IMG/VR virus record: IMGVR_UViG_2862611759_000001
Source: a virus
Taxonomy: Duplodnaviria > Caudoviricetes
Reading direction: 5' to 3' (one strand)
DNA: 64,000 nucleotides
The notes beneath the pieces are model-generated. The model did not search any database, was not told where the DNA came from, and worked only from the letters and a program-made list of their open reading frames with translations. How positions within the stretch are numbered: position 1 is the stretch's first letter; each line of letters opens with the position of its first letter. Positions 39,551-48,066 of the stretch are shown in pieces. Position numbers and translations under genes: made by a program.

Positions 39551-39852
39551 GCCAGTACCTGAACGCGCTCCTCACCCTCGTCGACGAGGCGGAGCACCGG
39601 CCGCTGCGTGCGGAGGAGGCCGGTGTGCTGCGGGACCAGCTGCGGTCCCTGGAGGCGAACCGGCGGCAGGTGTCCGGGCTGCTGGCCTCCCTGCAGTCAG
39701 CGCGGCAGGAAGTCGAGTTGCTCGCCAAGGTGGCCGGCCCGCTGATCGGGGGAGGAGGGGAGGACGCCCTGCGGGCGGTACTCGCCGCCGCACGGCCCGA
39801 CCCGGCCAGGCGCCAGGGCGGAGCTGCACGGCGGTCTACGGGACGCCCATAA
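39547..39852 (+). CDS. Hypothetical coiled-coil protein
   Basis: ATGA overlap, AGGAG RBS. Confidence 0.55.
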   Translation: MSQYLNALLTLVDEAEHRPLRAEEAGVLRDQLRSLEANRRQVSGLLASLQSARQEVELLAKVAGPLIGGGGEDALRAVLAAARPDPARRQGGAARRSTGRP

Positions 39853-39959
39853 GTAACACGCAGTGACCGTTTCTTGATCGAAGTATCCGGATCCCCGGGC
39901 GGATACCCCAACCAGCCTGGCTCCGGTAACTACTCGTCACATCGCGTCCTGGGAGGGAC

Positions 39960-40526
39960 ATGAGTAGGACCCGACATCAGTCAGTGCTTGCCCGCGGGGG
40001 CGAGGACCTGGACGTACGCCGTCGGTATCTCGTCGCGGCCGGCCACCTCCAGTTGCCTGCCGAGCCCGAGGCCGTCCACCTGGCGCTGTACTCGTGGCAG
40101 GACCGCCTCGAGGACTGGGTTGTCGGCCAGGGCCTGTGTGGGCGGTCCGTCGACAGCGTGCCCCTCTTCGGCGGCGCGGCGGCGTCGTGCGGGTCCTGCC
40201 TGTCGTACCTGCCGGCGTACGAGGAGGCGCTGCGGCGGGAGGTGACGGCGCTCGAAGGCCGCGCGGAGGCCCGTACGGCGCGGGCCCATGCCGGGGACAC
40301 GGTGGAGAACGGCGCCTGGTTCACCGTGTGGCTGGAGGCCCGGTGGGAGTGGGTGACGTCGCGGATGACGACCGAGCAGCGGGAGTACGCGGCGGACCGG
40401 GTCGCGGCGTACAGCGCCTACCTGGCCGCGGTCGACGGTGAACCGGAGCGGGGCGAGCCGGCCGGGCTGCGGTGGTGGCGAGACAGCGGTGGCGGCGGAA
40501 GCCGCCGCGGGGGCGGTGACCGGTGA
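39960..40526 (+). CDS. Hypothetical protein
   Basis: GGGAGG RBS. GLCG...CGSC. Confidence 0.55.
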   Translation: MSRTRHQSVLARGGEDLDVRRRYLVAAGHLQLPAEPEAVHLALYSWQDRLEDWVVGQGLCGRSVDSVPLFGGAAASCGSCLSYLPAYEEALRREVTALEGRAEARTARAHAGDTVENGAWFTVWLEARWEWVTSRMTTEQREYAADRVAAYSAYLAAVDGEPERGEPAGLRWWRDSGGGGSRRGGGDR

Positions 40527-40579
40527 CAGGGTCGCGCGGTATGGGCGAGGGGAGCGGCCCGTGTCGCTATCGTGCGGTC

Positions 40580-40867
40580 ATGAGTGAGCCGTTCGCCCAG
40601 GGCGACGATCATCCGGCGTGTGGGATCTGCCCCTCGAAGCGCCTGCCGCGCGACCGTTTCGTGGTCTATGACCGGCCGACGCGCGAGGCGCCGTTCAACC
40701 CCGCGGACGGCTACCGGTACACGGCTGACGGGACTCCGGCGTGTGTGCACCCGGACAAGCTCGGTGTCGAGCCGGACCGGACCGCGCCGCCGCCGGAGCC
40801 CGTGAACCTGGAGCCGGAGGCTACGCCGGCGGGTAAGCGACGGCGCTGGTCATTCCTCGGTCGGTGA
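40580..40867 (+). CDS. Hypothetical protein (possibly leaderless)
   Basis: TATCGT 6 nt before the ATG. HPACGICP...CVHP. Confidence 0.5.
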   Translation: MSEPFAQGDDHPACGICPSKRLPRDRFVVYDRPTREAPFNPADGYRYTADGTPACVHPDKLGVEPDRTAPPPEPVNLEPEATPAGKRRRWSFLGR

Positions 40868-41417
40868 TGCCGATGGACGCGTACTTGGCGTCCAGGATGT
40901 TGCGTCGGCGCTCGGCCTCGGGGGCGTCGATCCAGTACCGCTCGTCAACGGGACCGAACGCCTGCCGGTACGCCTGATGGGTGTAGTCCCCGGCCCGCCA
41001 CGGTGTCTCGACGGTGTGCTCGTTCACCGTCGAGTGGACGAACAGGTGCCCTGTGCGGGCCTGGACGCGCGACAGCGCGGTGAACTGGGCGCAGAGCGCA
41101 TGGGTGGTGACGTCGAGGGGGACCGGGACGGGCAGCTCGGCGGCGAGCTCGTCACCGGTCAGCTCGTACACGGCCGACTTGAGGGCCATGACCTTCAGCG
41201 CGCCGTCCAGGAGGTGTTTGGCGTCGCGGGCGACGCTGTACTCGGAGACCAGCGGGCCGCCGTAGAAGTCGTCCCAGTCGCTGCTGTACTTCGCGCAGCC
41301 GTCGAGGACGGTGCGCATCTCGGGGTCGGCCAGCCACGCGGCGTGGATCGTGCGGGCGTGGGCGGCGGCTGTTTCGGGGGCGGGGCGGACGAGGGCAGCG
41401 TGCACGGCGTTCTCCAT
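40821..41417 (-). CDS. Hypothetical protein divergent from the XRE regulator
   Basis: Good codon usage. PLDVTTHAL motif. Confidence 0.6.
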   Translation of the reverse strand: MENAVHAALVRPAPETAAAHARTIHAAWLADPEMRTVLDGCAKYSSDWDDFYGGPLVSEYSVARDAKHLLDGALKVMALKSAVYELTGDELAAELPVPVPLDVTTHALCAQFTALSRVQARTGHLFVHSTVNEHTVETPWRAGDYTHQAYRQAFGPVDERYWIDAPEAERRRNILDAKYASIGITDRGMTSAVAYPPA

Positions 41418-41630
41418 CCGGTGAGAGCGGGACGGCAGCGGGCCGGGCGGGTGTGAACGGGTACACGGCCCGGCCCGCTGCCTCGGGGCGCCGTCTGGAG
41501 GGTCCTTCAACCTCCGTACGGCGTTCCCTCATTGCACCGGGTGGGCATGAGAACCAGGAGGGCCACCAGGGGGTGCGTTTCGCCGCCGGGGTGCCGCTCC
41601 CAGGGCCAGAATCAGAGTCCCAGCACCTAC

Positions 41631-42890
41631 ATGGCGGGGGTCGTGATGACGCGTGCGGGCGGGATCGGGGAGCTGCTGCGGAGCGTGCGCGAGGCGGCGG
41701 GCCGGACCCGCGAGGAGCAGGCTGAGCTCATGACGGCCGCTGGTGAGCCGTGCGACCCGGAGAACCTGAAGCGGTGGGAGACCGAGCGCCGGTTACCCAC
41801 CGCGGTGTGGCACGACGCCATCGCCGCCGTGTACGGCCTGGACCTGGAGGACATCAAGACCGCCATCGCCGCATCGCGGCAGCACCGCCGAGGGCAGGGC
41901 AAGGAGACCAGCGTGGACCGGCGCCGATTCATAGGGGCTGCGGCAGCGGCAGCGGGCGTTGCCGCGCTGCCCGGCATCGCACAGGCCAGGGAAGGCATCG
42001 ACGGGGCGCTGACGGGCGCCGGCGGCGGTGACATCGACTACCTGGCGAGCGCGTTCGAGCGGCACCGCGGCGGCTACCGGGGCCGCTCACCACACGAGTT
42101 CCTGCAGGAGATGCACGGCGACATCACGTTGCTGAAGGCCGTCATGCAGCAGCCCCACCCCACACGAAGCCGCTCGGAGCTCGTGCACATCGCGGCAGGG
42201 CTCGCCGGCCTGGTCGCGATCATCCAGCACGACCGTGGGGACGAGGCCGACGCGCACCGCTGGTTCCACACCGCCGAACGCGCTGCCCGCGAGTGCGGCG
42301 ACCGGCGCATGACGGCCTGGGTCCTCGCGCGGCACGCCATGGTGCCGCTGAACTACGGCGCCCCCGAACAGGCCGCCCGGCTCGCAGCGCAGGCCCGCCG
42401 CGTCGCGGGGAAGGCTCCGACCGGTGCGGGGGCGCTGGCGGCGGCCGTCACCGCCCGCGCCCTGGCCGCGGTCGGCGACCAGGCGGGCGCCCGGCAGGCC
42501 GTGAGCGACGTCCGCGGGCTCGCCGAGCGCCTGACGGGGAAGGAGGCGGCCGACACCTGGTTCGGCTACCCCCTGCAGAAGCACCACGTCCACCTGTCGC
42601 AGGCGTACACCCTCCTCGGTGACACACCGGCCGCGTTCCAGGCGCAGGACGACGCCCTGGACCTCACCGACTCGCCCTCGGTGATGACCCGCGCCCTGAT
42701 CGCGATGGACACCGCGGCGTGCCTGCGCGCGGACGGCGACCCGGGCGCGGCCGCCGACATGGCTGCCGCCGTCCTGGACCGGCTCCCGGAGAGCTACCGG
42801 CACGGCCTCGTACGGTCCCGCGTGGAGCTCCTCCACCACCGCCTCGACGGCCGGCCGCGTGCGGTCCTGGGGGACGCCCTCGGCACCTGA
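41631..42890 (+). CDS. XRE-family HTH regulator with C-terminal TPR-like helical domain
   Basis: GELLRSVREAAGRTREEQAE...LKRWETERRLP, VDRRRF linker, repeated Ala-rich helix pairs. Confidence 0.8.
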   Translation: MAGVVMTRAGGIGELLRSVREAAGRTREEQAELMTAAGEPCDPENLKRWETERRLPTAVWHDAIAAVYGLDLEDIKTAIAASRQHRRGQGKETSVDRRRFIGAAAAAAGVAALPGIAQAREGIDGALTGAGGGDIDYLASAFERHRGGYRGRSPHEFLQEMHGDITLLKAVMQQPHPTRSRSELVHIAAGLAGLVAIIQHDRGDEADAHRWFHTAERAARECGDRRMTAWVLARHAMVPLNYGAPEQAARLAAQARRVAGKAPTGAGALAAAVTARALAAVGDQAGARQAVSDVRGLAERLTGKEAADTWFGYPLQKHHVHLSQAYTLLGDTPAAFQAQDDALDLTDSPSVMTRALIAMDTAACLRADGDPGAAADMAAAVLDRLPESYRHGLVRSRVELLHHRLDGRPRAVLGDALGT

Positions 42891-42902
42891 GGCCGGGAGG
42901 AG

Positions 42903-43031
42903 CTAGTCCCAGCCGGGGTCGCCGGTGACGTCCCACTCGGGGTCGCGGAGCGAGGGGGCGATGCCCCAGCCGCTGTCGTGCAGGCCCCAGCCGGGGTCGC
43001 CCTGTACTCCCCATCCGATGTCTCGTCGCAT
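42903..43031 (-). CDS. 42-aa peptide with five D-x-[GE]-W repeats
   Basis: GGAGGGG RBS. MRRDIGWGVQGDPGWGLHDSGWGIAPSLRDPEWDVTGDPGWD. Confidence 0.65.
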   Translation of the reverse strand: MRRDIGWGVQGDPGWGLHDSGWGIAPSLRDPEWDVTGDPGWD

Positions 43032-43148
43032 GGTCCCCTCCAGGTGGTGCGGGTTGGGGCGCGCTGGTGTGCGCCGTTGGGGTGACAGTAGCTGCTGGTC
43101 GCGCGGTGATCCATACTCCGGTAATCGAACAGGCGTAGTATTTCGGTC

Positions 43149-43541
43149 GTGGCTGAAACACCGACCCCTTCCCCCTTCCCGGCGGACCTGCTCGACCTCC
43201 AGCGGCGCCTCCACCAGGCCCGCCACGACTTCGCCGCCCTGTGCGCGGCCCTGCCCTGGTCCGTAGAACCCGACCCGGGCTGGCCCGGCACCAAGCACCC
43301 GCACACCGACCAGGTCACCGGCGGACGACCGGAGAGCCCCGGGTGGACCCAGGAGCAGCGGGAGGAGCACAGCCGTCTCCTCGCGCTCGTCCAGGAGCTG
43401 GCGATCAAGGTCTCCTGTCACCCGTACTGGGAGAAGCTGCCGAAGGACGGGAGCCTGGTCGCGGCCCGCAGCAAGCTCAAGCACGACCCGGACGTCCTTG
43501 ACCTGCCCGCCGGCGACACTGCCGAGACCGCCGCGGCGTAG
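43149..43541 (+). CDS. Hypothetical protein
   Basis: FPADLLDLQ...LPWSVEP..GW...HPYW. Possible leaderless start after TAGTAT. Confidence 0.65.
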   Translation: MAETPTPSPFPADLLDLQRRLHQARHDFAALCAALPWSVEPDPGWPGTKHPHTDQVTGGRPESPGWTQEQREEHSRLLALVQELAIKVSCHPYWEKLPKDGSLVAARSKLKHDPDVLDLPAGDTAETAAA

Positions 43542-43551
43542 GGGAGCTGGG

Positions 43552-43938
43552 ATGGACATAGCCGAGCGGCTGGAGAAGAACCGGGCCGTGCTGTCGTGGC
43601 TGGAGTACCAGGTCCAGACGACCCGGGAGACGATCCGGCGCCTGGAGCGGGAGCAGGCGGAGGAGAAGCGGCGGCAGGAGGTCGCGCGCCGCGAGCTGCG
43701 GTGGAAGGTCGAGCCGTCCCGGGCGGAGCACGGCCAGCCCACCCTCCACCGGGGGAACTGCGGCCAGTACGAGCGCGGCGGCGGGCTGCTCGACCGCGAC
43801 GAGGTCATGGTCTTCGCCCAGCAGTTCCCGGCCGCGGTCCTCTGCAGCATCTGCGCGCCATGGGGGAGCCTCGGCGTCGACAAGCCGCCCACCCAGGCCG
43901 GGCAGGCCGCCGGGGCTGAAGGGGTCGAGTTTCCGTAG
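43552..43938 (+). CDS. DUF6233-like protein
   Basis: Coiled coil then W...LHRGNC...CSICAP. Confidence 0.6.
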   Translation: MDIAERLEKNRAVLSWLEYQVQTTRETIRRLEREQAEEKRRQEVARRELRWKVEPSRAEHGQPTLHRGNCGQYERGGGLLDRDEVMVFAQQFPAAVLCSICAPWGSLGVDKPPTQAGQAAGAEGVEFP

Positions 43939-43962
43939 GCCGGGTGAGCCGGCGCCCCCGGC

Positions 43963-44892
43963 CTACGCGGTCTTCCGGCGGCCTGCCGGGGCCGCCGTCT
44001 TCTTCGCCGCCGTCTTCTTCGCGGGGGCCTTCTTGGCCGCGGCCTTCTTCTTCGGCTTCGGCATCTCGTGCACCGTGCCCGGCCCTGCGTCATCGCCGCG
44101 CGACTCCCGCGCCTTCGCGACGGACTCCTCCAGCGCGGCCATCAGGTCCACCACGGGCGCCGCCGGCGCCTCCTCGCCCTCCACGGCCACGGGTGCCCGG
44201 TGCTCGGCCTTCGCGTTGATCACCTCGATCAGGGCATCGGTGTACCGGTCGGTGAGCTGCTCACCGAGGTCGTCGAGGTGCTCGGTGCTCATCGTGTCCA
44301 TCAGCGCGAGCGCCCGCTCGACCTCGTCCTCGGTCAGGTCGGTGTCGGGCGGGACGAGCTCGGCGGGCGAGCGGATCTCGTCGCCCCAGTGCAGACCCTG
44401 CAGGAGCAGCGCGTCGCCCATGGGGCGCAGGATGCCGAGGCGCTCGCGGCCGCGGAGCGCGAACTTCGCCACGGCCGCCTTCTCCGTACGCTCCAGGGCC
44501 TTGCGCAGCAACACGTACGGTTTCGCGGCGACGGGGCCGTCGGCGGCCAGGTAATAGGCGCCCGCGCCGTACTGGGTGGCGTCCACGGTGTCGGAGTCGA
44601 CGAAGGCAACGATCTCGATCGCTTTCGCGGTCGGCAGCGGCATCCCGTCCAGGTCGGCGTCGGTGATCGGGACGATCTGGTCCTTGGAGATCTCGTAGCC
44701 CTTGCCGATCTGGTCCTCGCGCAGCTCCTCGCCGTCGACCTCGCAGACCTTCCGGTAGCGGACGCGGCCACCGTCGGGGAGGTGAATCTGGCGAAAGGCG
44801 ACGCTGTGCGACTCGGTAGCCGGCTCCAGGGCCACGGGCACCGTGACCAGGCCGAACGAGATCGCACCCTTCCAGATCGGGCGGGCAGGCAC
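43963..44892 (-). CDS. ku: Ku DNA end-binding protein
   Basis: RPIWKGAISFGLVTVPV, IGKGYE, KPYVLLRKAL, VVDLMAALEESV, AKK-rich tail. Confidence 0.95.
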   Translation of the reverse strand: MPARPIWKGAISFGLVTVPVALEPATESHSVAFRQIHLPDGGRVRYRKVCEVDGEELREDQIGKGYEISKDQIVPITDADLDGMPLPTAKAIEIVAFVDSDTVDATQYGAGAYYLAADGPVAAKPYVLLRKALERTEKAAVAKFALRGRERLGILRPMGDALLLQGLHWGDEIRSPAELVPPDTDLTEDEVERALALMDTMSTEHLDDLGEQLTDRYTDALIEVINAKAEHRAPVAVEGEEAPAAPVVDLMAALEESVAKARESRGDDAGPGTVHEMPKPKKKAAAKKAPAKKTAAKKTAAPAGRRKTA

Positions 44893-44970
44893 CGTAGCGC
44901 TCCTCCAGGACGCCCCCCCCTGGGCTCTAGGCCCAGGCTATGCAGACCGGCGCCGTGATCGCACCCGCCG

Positions 44971-45654
44971 TCAGCCGACCGGGACCAGGACGGCCGCGTC
45001 GTACTGCCCGACAGCCCAGGGCAGCATCTCGCAGGCCAGGAGGAACCAGTCGTTGTACCGGCGCAGGTCCCACTCGTGCACCGGGAAGGAGAACTCCTGG
45101 TAGTCGCCCCTTCCGAAGGTGGACGTCGGCCTGTGGGCGTCGACGAGCGCCTCGAACCGGCCGAGCGAGCGCATCAGGTCCGCCTCGGTGCTGAAGTCCG
45201 CGCCGGACCAGTCCGAGGACAGCCACTCCTCGGCTTCCTCGGCCGAGACGTGGTCGTACGCCTTGACCGCAGCCTCCACGGCCTCCCGCACGTACGCCTC
45301 GGCCCGCTCGGCGTCGTACTTCATGACCTCGGCGCCGGAGCCGGGCACCAGCTTCTCCGCCCAGTACACGGGGTCGACGCCTTCGTCGGGCGAGGAAGGT
45401 CGGAAGAGATCGAACATGTCCTCGGTGCGGGTGAAGGACCAGCAGCCGAGCCCGCCCCGCAGGATCAGCGCGCCGGGCCAGGTGAGGATCTCGCACCACT
45501 CCCAGGACGACTTCGGGAACCGGAAGGCCAAGTGCCGGTAGACCCCCTCGTCCTTCACAAGGGTCATCGTCGCGCCCACGGAGTCGGAGGCGAACCGCTC
45601 CCTGGCCGCCTCCTTCTGCCGCCGCAGTTCCACGTACGGGTCGATCTCGCTCAC
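44971..45654 (-). CDS. Hypothetical phage protein
   Basis: DEGVYRHLAF...ILTWPGAL..G...DMFDLFR...YWAEKL. Confidence 0.7.
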   Translation of the reverse strand: MSEIDPYVELRRQKEAARERFASDSVGATMTLVKDEGVYRHLAFRFPKSSWEWCEILTWPGALILRGGLGCWSFTRTEDMFDLFRPSSPDEGVDPVYWAEKLVPGSGAEVMKYDAERAEAYVREAVEAAVKAYDHVSAEEAEEWLSSDWSGADFSTEADLMRSLGRFEALVDAHRPTSTFGRGDYQEFSFPVHEWDLRRYNDWFLLACEMLPWAVGQYDAAVLVPVG

Positions 45655-45772
45655 CTGAAAGCCCCTCCCTGCACTGGCCCGTCCCGGTCGACGGGCCCCG
45701 CGCCCTACAACGAGCCAGCCCGGATTCGGTGGCGAACAGGGCTGGGCGCCACCCAGCCCGGGCGCACCCGGG

Positions 45773-46036
45773 CTACCGGCCGGTGACGCGGACTCGCAGC
45801 TCGTAGGGGACGCCCGTGCTGATCGCCTGCGCCTGCTCGGCCAGGTCTGCCGGGGTGAAGCCGAGGAGGGCCCGGTCGGCGGCCGCGCGCAGCAGCGGCA
45901 CGATCTCAGCGGCAGGCCGGCCGCGGTATGTGGCGGCGAGCTCTGCGTAGGCCCGCTGGTAGGGGTGGACGTGCGTGCTCGCGGGGTCCGCGAGGAGGTG
46001 GTCGAGGTGCTCCGGCGTCACGCTGATCTGGCCCAT
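45773..46036 (-). CDS. Hypothetical protein
   Basis: GGAG RBS. Confidence 0.55.
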   Translation of the reverse strand: MGQISVTPEHLDHLLADPASTHVHPYQRAYAELAATYRGRPAAEIVPLLRAAADRALLGFTPADLAEQAQAISTGVPYELRVRVTGR

Positions 46037-46126
46037 GACCGCTCCGTCCGTCGGCGGGCCGGGCCCATCCCGGCCCCGTTCCCCTCGACGCTACGAGCCG
46101 GGTCTGACATCGCCGCCGGCCGGCGG

Positions 46127-46291
46127 CTACTCGCCGGGCTTGACCTCGACGACCTCGACGTCCGAGACACCGTCCTCGGCGGCCTTCCGCGCCTTGTACG
46201 TCTCAGCGGCCTTCTCGCTGTAGCTGACGACCGACACCTTCCGCTCGTCCTGGCCCTGCTGCGCCCACGTGATCCTGAAGACCTTCTGCAT
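46127..46291 (-). CDS. Small hypothetical protein (54 aa)
   Basis: GGAGG RBS. MQKVFRITWAQQGQDERKVSVVSYSEKAAE...VKPGE. Below the ORF-track length cutoff. Confidence 0.55.
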   Translation of the reverse strand: MQKVFRITWAQQGQDERKVSVVSYSEKAAETYKARKAAEDGVSDVEVVEVKPGE

Positions 46292-46411
46292 CCCTGCGCC
46301 TCCGCTCGGTGTGTGCCCGGCGGCAGCATCGGCTCCTGATGGGCGCCGCCGGGCCCCGACAGAATGTCATCCGGCGCTGACACCGGTCTGCGGGCGCGGC
46401 CATGGCGGCGG

Positions 46412-47287
46412 TCAGCGTCGCCAGACGTTGACCTTCTCGGTCGCCAGGAGCGGGGCGCCGTCTGGCCCTTTCACGTGGGCGGGTACCCAGGTCTGCCTTC
46501 GCAGGGCGCGCTCGGGTCCGTAGGCCTGGTTGCGCCAGTGCCCGGAGACGATCCAGCGGTGCTTGTAGCGGCGGCCGAGGCTGTCCGAGGTGGGGTCTTG
46601 GTCCTGCGCGGTGTACTGCCGGCGCAGGTCGACGACGGTCACGTCCGGTGAAGGCAGTCCGTCACGGCTGTAGGCACGGGAGGTGGGCTTGTCAGCGTGT
46701 TCCCGGGTGCGGTCGATCAACATGGGCTGCTGCATGAGCAGCCAGGCGGCGGCGAGTGCGGCAACGATGGGCTGGGGCAGCTTGGGGTCGACCTCGGCCA
46801 TCGAAAGGGGCTCGGCCGTGATGGGGAGGACGCTGCCGAGGATGGGGATGAGGGGCGGAATCTCCTCGGTGACGAGGGTGAACGGGCGGTCAGCGGTTTC
46901 AGCCACGAGCCGGTTTCTCGACATGAGGAGCCACAGCAGCATGCCGCCGTCGTGGGGGCCCCAGGCGCACGCCTCGACCGGGATTGTCACGCCGTGGGAG
47001 TCGATGGCACCGATGCCGTCCTGCCAGAACAGCAGTCCGGCGGGGGCGGGTCGGTCGCCGGTGGCCCATCGCGCCGCGGCGAGCTGCTCCCCGGAGTGCA
47101 TGGCGAGGGCCGCCATGTCCTGCTGAACCCAGAACAGGTCGGCAACCTCAAGGCAGGAAGCGAGGGCTTTGAGTCCCTCGACGTTGCCGTCGTCCTTGAC
47201 GCCCCTACGCAGAGCCGAAGCCGGGTCGGTGAGGTATCGGACGGTCTGGCGGCGCAGTTTCGGGAGGTGGGAGGGGCGGACGTTCAC
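46412..47287 (-). CDS. Hypothetical protein with basic HW-rich C-terminal motif
   Basis: RWIVSGHWRNQAYGP...WVPAHVKGP. GTGA overlap with the upstream gene. Confidence 0.7.
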   Translation of the reverse strand: MNVRPSHLPKLRRQTVRYLTDPASALRRGVKDDGNVEGLKALASCLEVADLFWVQQDMAALAMHSGEQLAAARWATGDRPAPAGLLFWQDGIGAIDSHGVTIPVEACAWGPHDGGMLLWLLMSRNRLVAETADRPFTLVTEEIPPLIPILGSVLPITAEPLSMAEVDPKLPQPIVAALAAAWLLMQQPMLIDRTREHADKPTSRAYSRDGLPSPDVTVVDLRRQYTAQDQDPTSDSLGRRYKHRWIVSGHWRNQAYGPERALRRQTWVPAHVKGPDGAPLLATEKVNVWRR

Positions 47288-47850
47288 TCGCCGGCCTTGT
47301 CAGTGCGGGCTCCCTGCCCGGGGCGGGTGGCGAGGGCCGTGCGGACGTCCTCGGCGCGGTAGAGGGCCTGGGGACGGCCGGAGCCGGGGTGAGGGTGGTA
47401 TCCGTAGGCGGGCTTCACCTGGAGGCGGGACATCGCCTTGGAGGCGGCCTTGGCGGGCTCCTTGGCCGTGGACTTCAGCTCGTCGCGGCCGATGTCCTCC
47501 AGGGTGAGCGGTTCGTTGCGGTCGACGATGGAGGCCAGGTCGATCTCCTGGACCATCGCGGCGAAGTCCAGGTTGTCGAGTTCGTCGACCGGGTAGCCGT
47601 CGAACTCGTCCTCGGCGGGCTGCCACGGGCCGATGAACTCGTCGCCGCACAGGCTGATGCCGGGCGGGAGGACGGCTTCGATCGCGTCGCGGTACTCGGA
47701 CTGGATACGGGAGAGGGCGCCGGAGGCCTCCAGGAGCTCCTGCCAGTCGCTGTCGCCGCCGTTGATGTAGTCGAGGACGTCGGCGTCGGGGCTGGTGGAG
47801 TAGTTGTTGACGCGGTTGGTCCAGGTGCCGTAGCTGGTGGTGGTGCTCAT
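47284..47850 (-). CDS. Acidic protein with C-terminal putative DNA-binding domain
   Basis: AAGGAG RBS. C-terminal LYRAEDVRTALATRPGQGARTD. Confidence 0.65.
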   Translation of the reverse strand: MSTTTSYGTWTNRVNNYSTSPDADVLDYINGGDSDWQELLEASGALSRIQSEYRDAIEAVLPPGISLCGDEFIGPWQPAEDEFDGYPVDELDNLDFAAMVQEIDLASIVDRNEPLTLEDIGRDELKSTAKEPAKAASKAMSRLQVKPAYGYHPHPGSGRPQALYRAEDVRTALATRPGQGARTDKAGE

Positions 47851-47895
47851 CGTGGTTCTCCTTGGGAGGTGTGATGCGCCTGGCGTTCTCGACAC

Positions 47896-47930
47896 CCATA
47901 ACCTTGCCGTACGTACGGCAAGGTTGTCAA
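47896..47930 (-). promoter_or_regulatory. 26-bp perfect palindrome overlapping a TTGACA promoter
   Basis: AACCTTGCCGTAC|GTACGGCAAGGTT (47900-47925). Minus-strand TTGACA adjacent. Left edge CCATAACCT matches the O1-O5 half-site. Confidence 0.7.
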
Positions 47931-48018
47931 CGGCCTTGCCCTGTCGAACTGTTGGGCGGGATTTTCTCTTGGGATGGGGTCCCTGGAGCCGAGAGTGCGC
48001 CTGCGGAGGCGTGACAAC

Positions 48019-48051
48019 GCCCCCTGGCCGGTCCCTGCGGCAAGGGGGCGG
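48019..48051. terminator. Hairpin downstream of the type III PKS gene
   Basis: CGCCCCCTGGCC...GGCAAGGGGGCG. Confidence 0.5.
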
Positions 48052-48066
48052 GGGGGAGTGGCGGCG

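Noticed and set aside
41905-41975. VDRRRF plus Ala stretch as a Tat signal
   Set aside because: It is internal, after the HTH, and is a common linker in Streptomyces XRE regulators.
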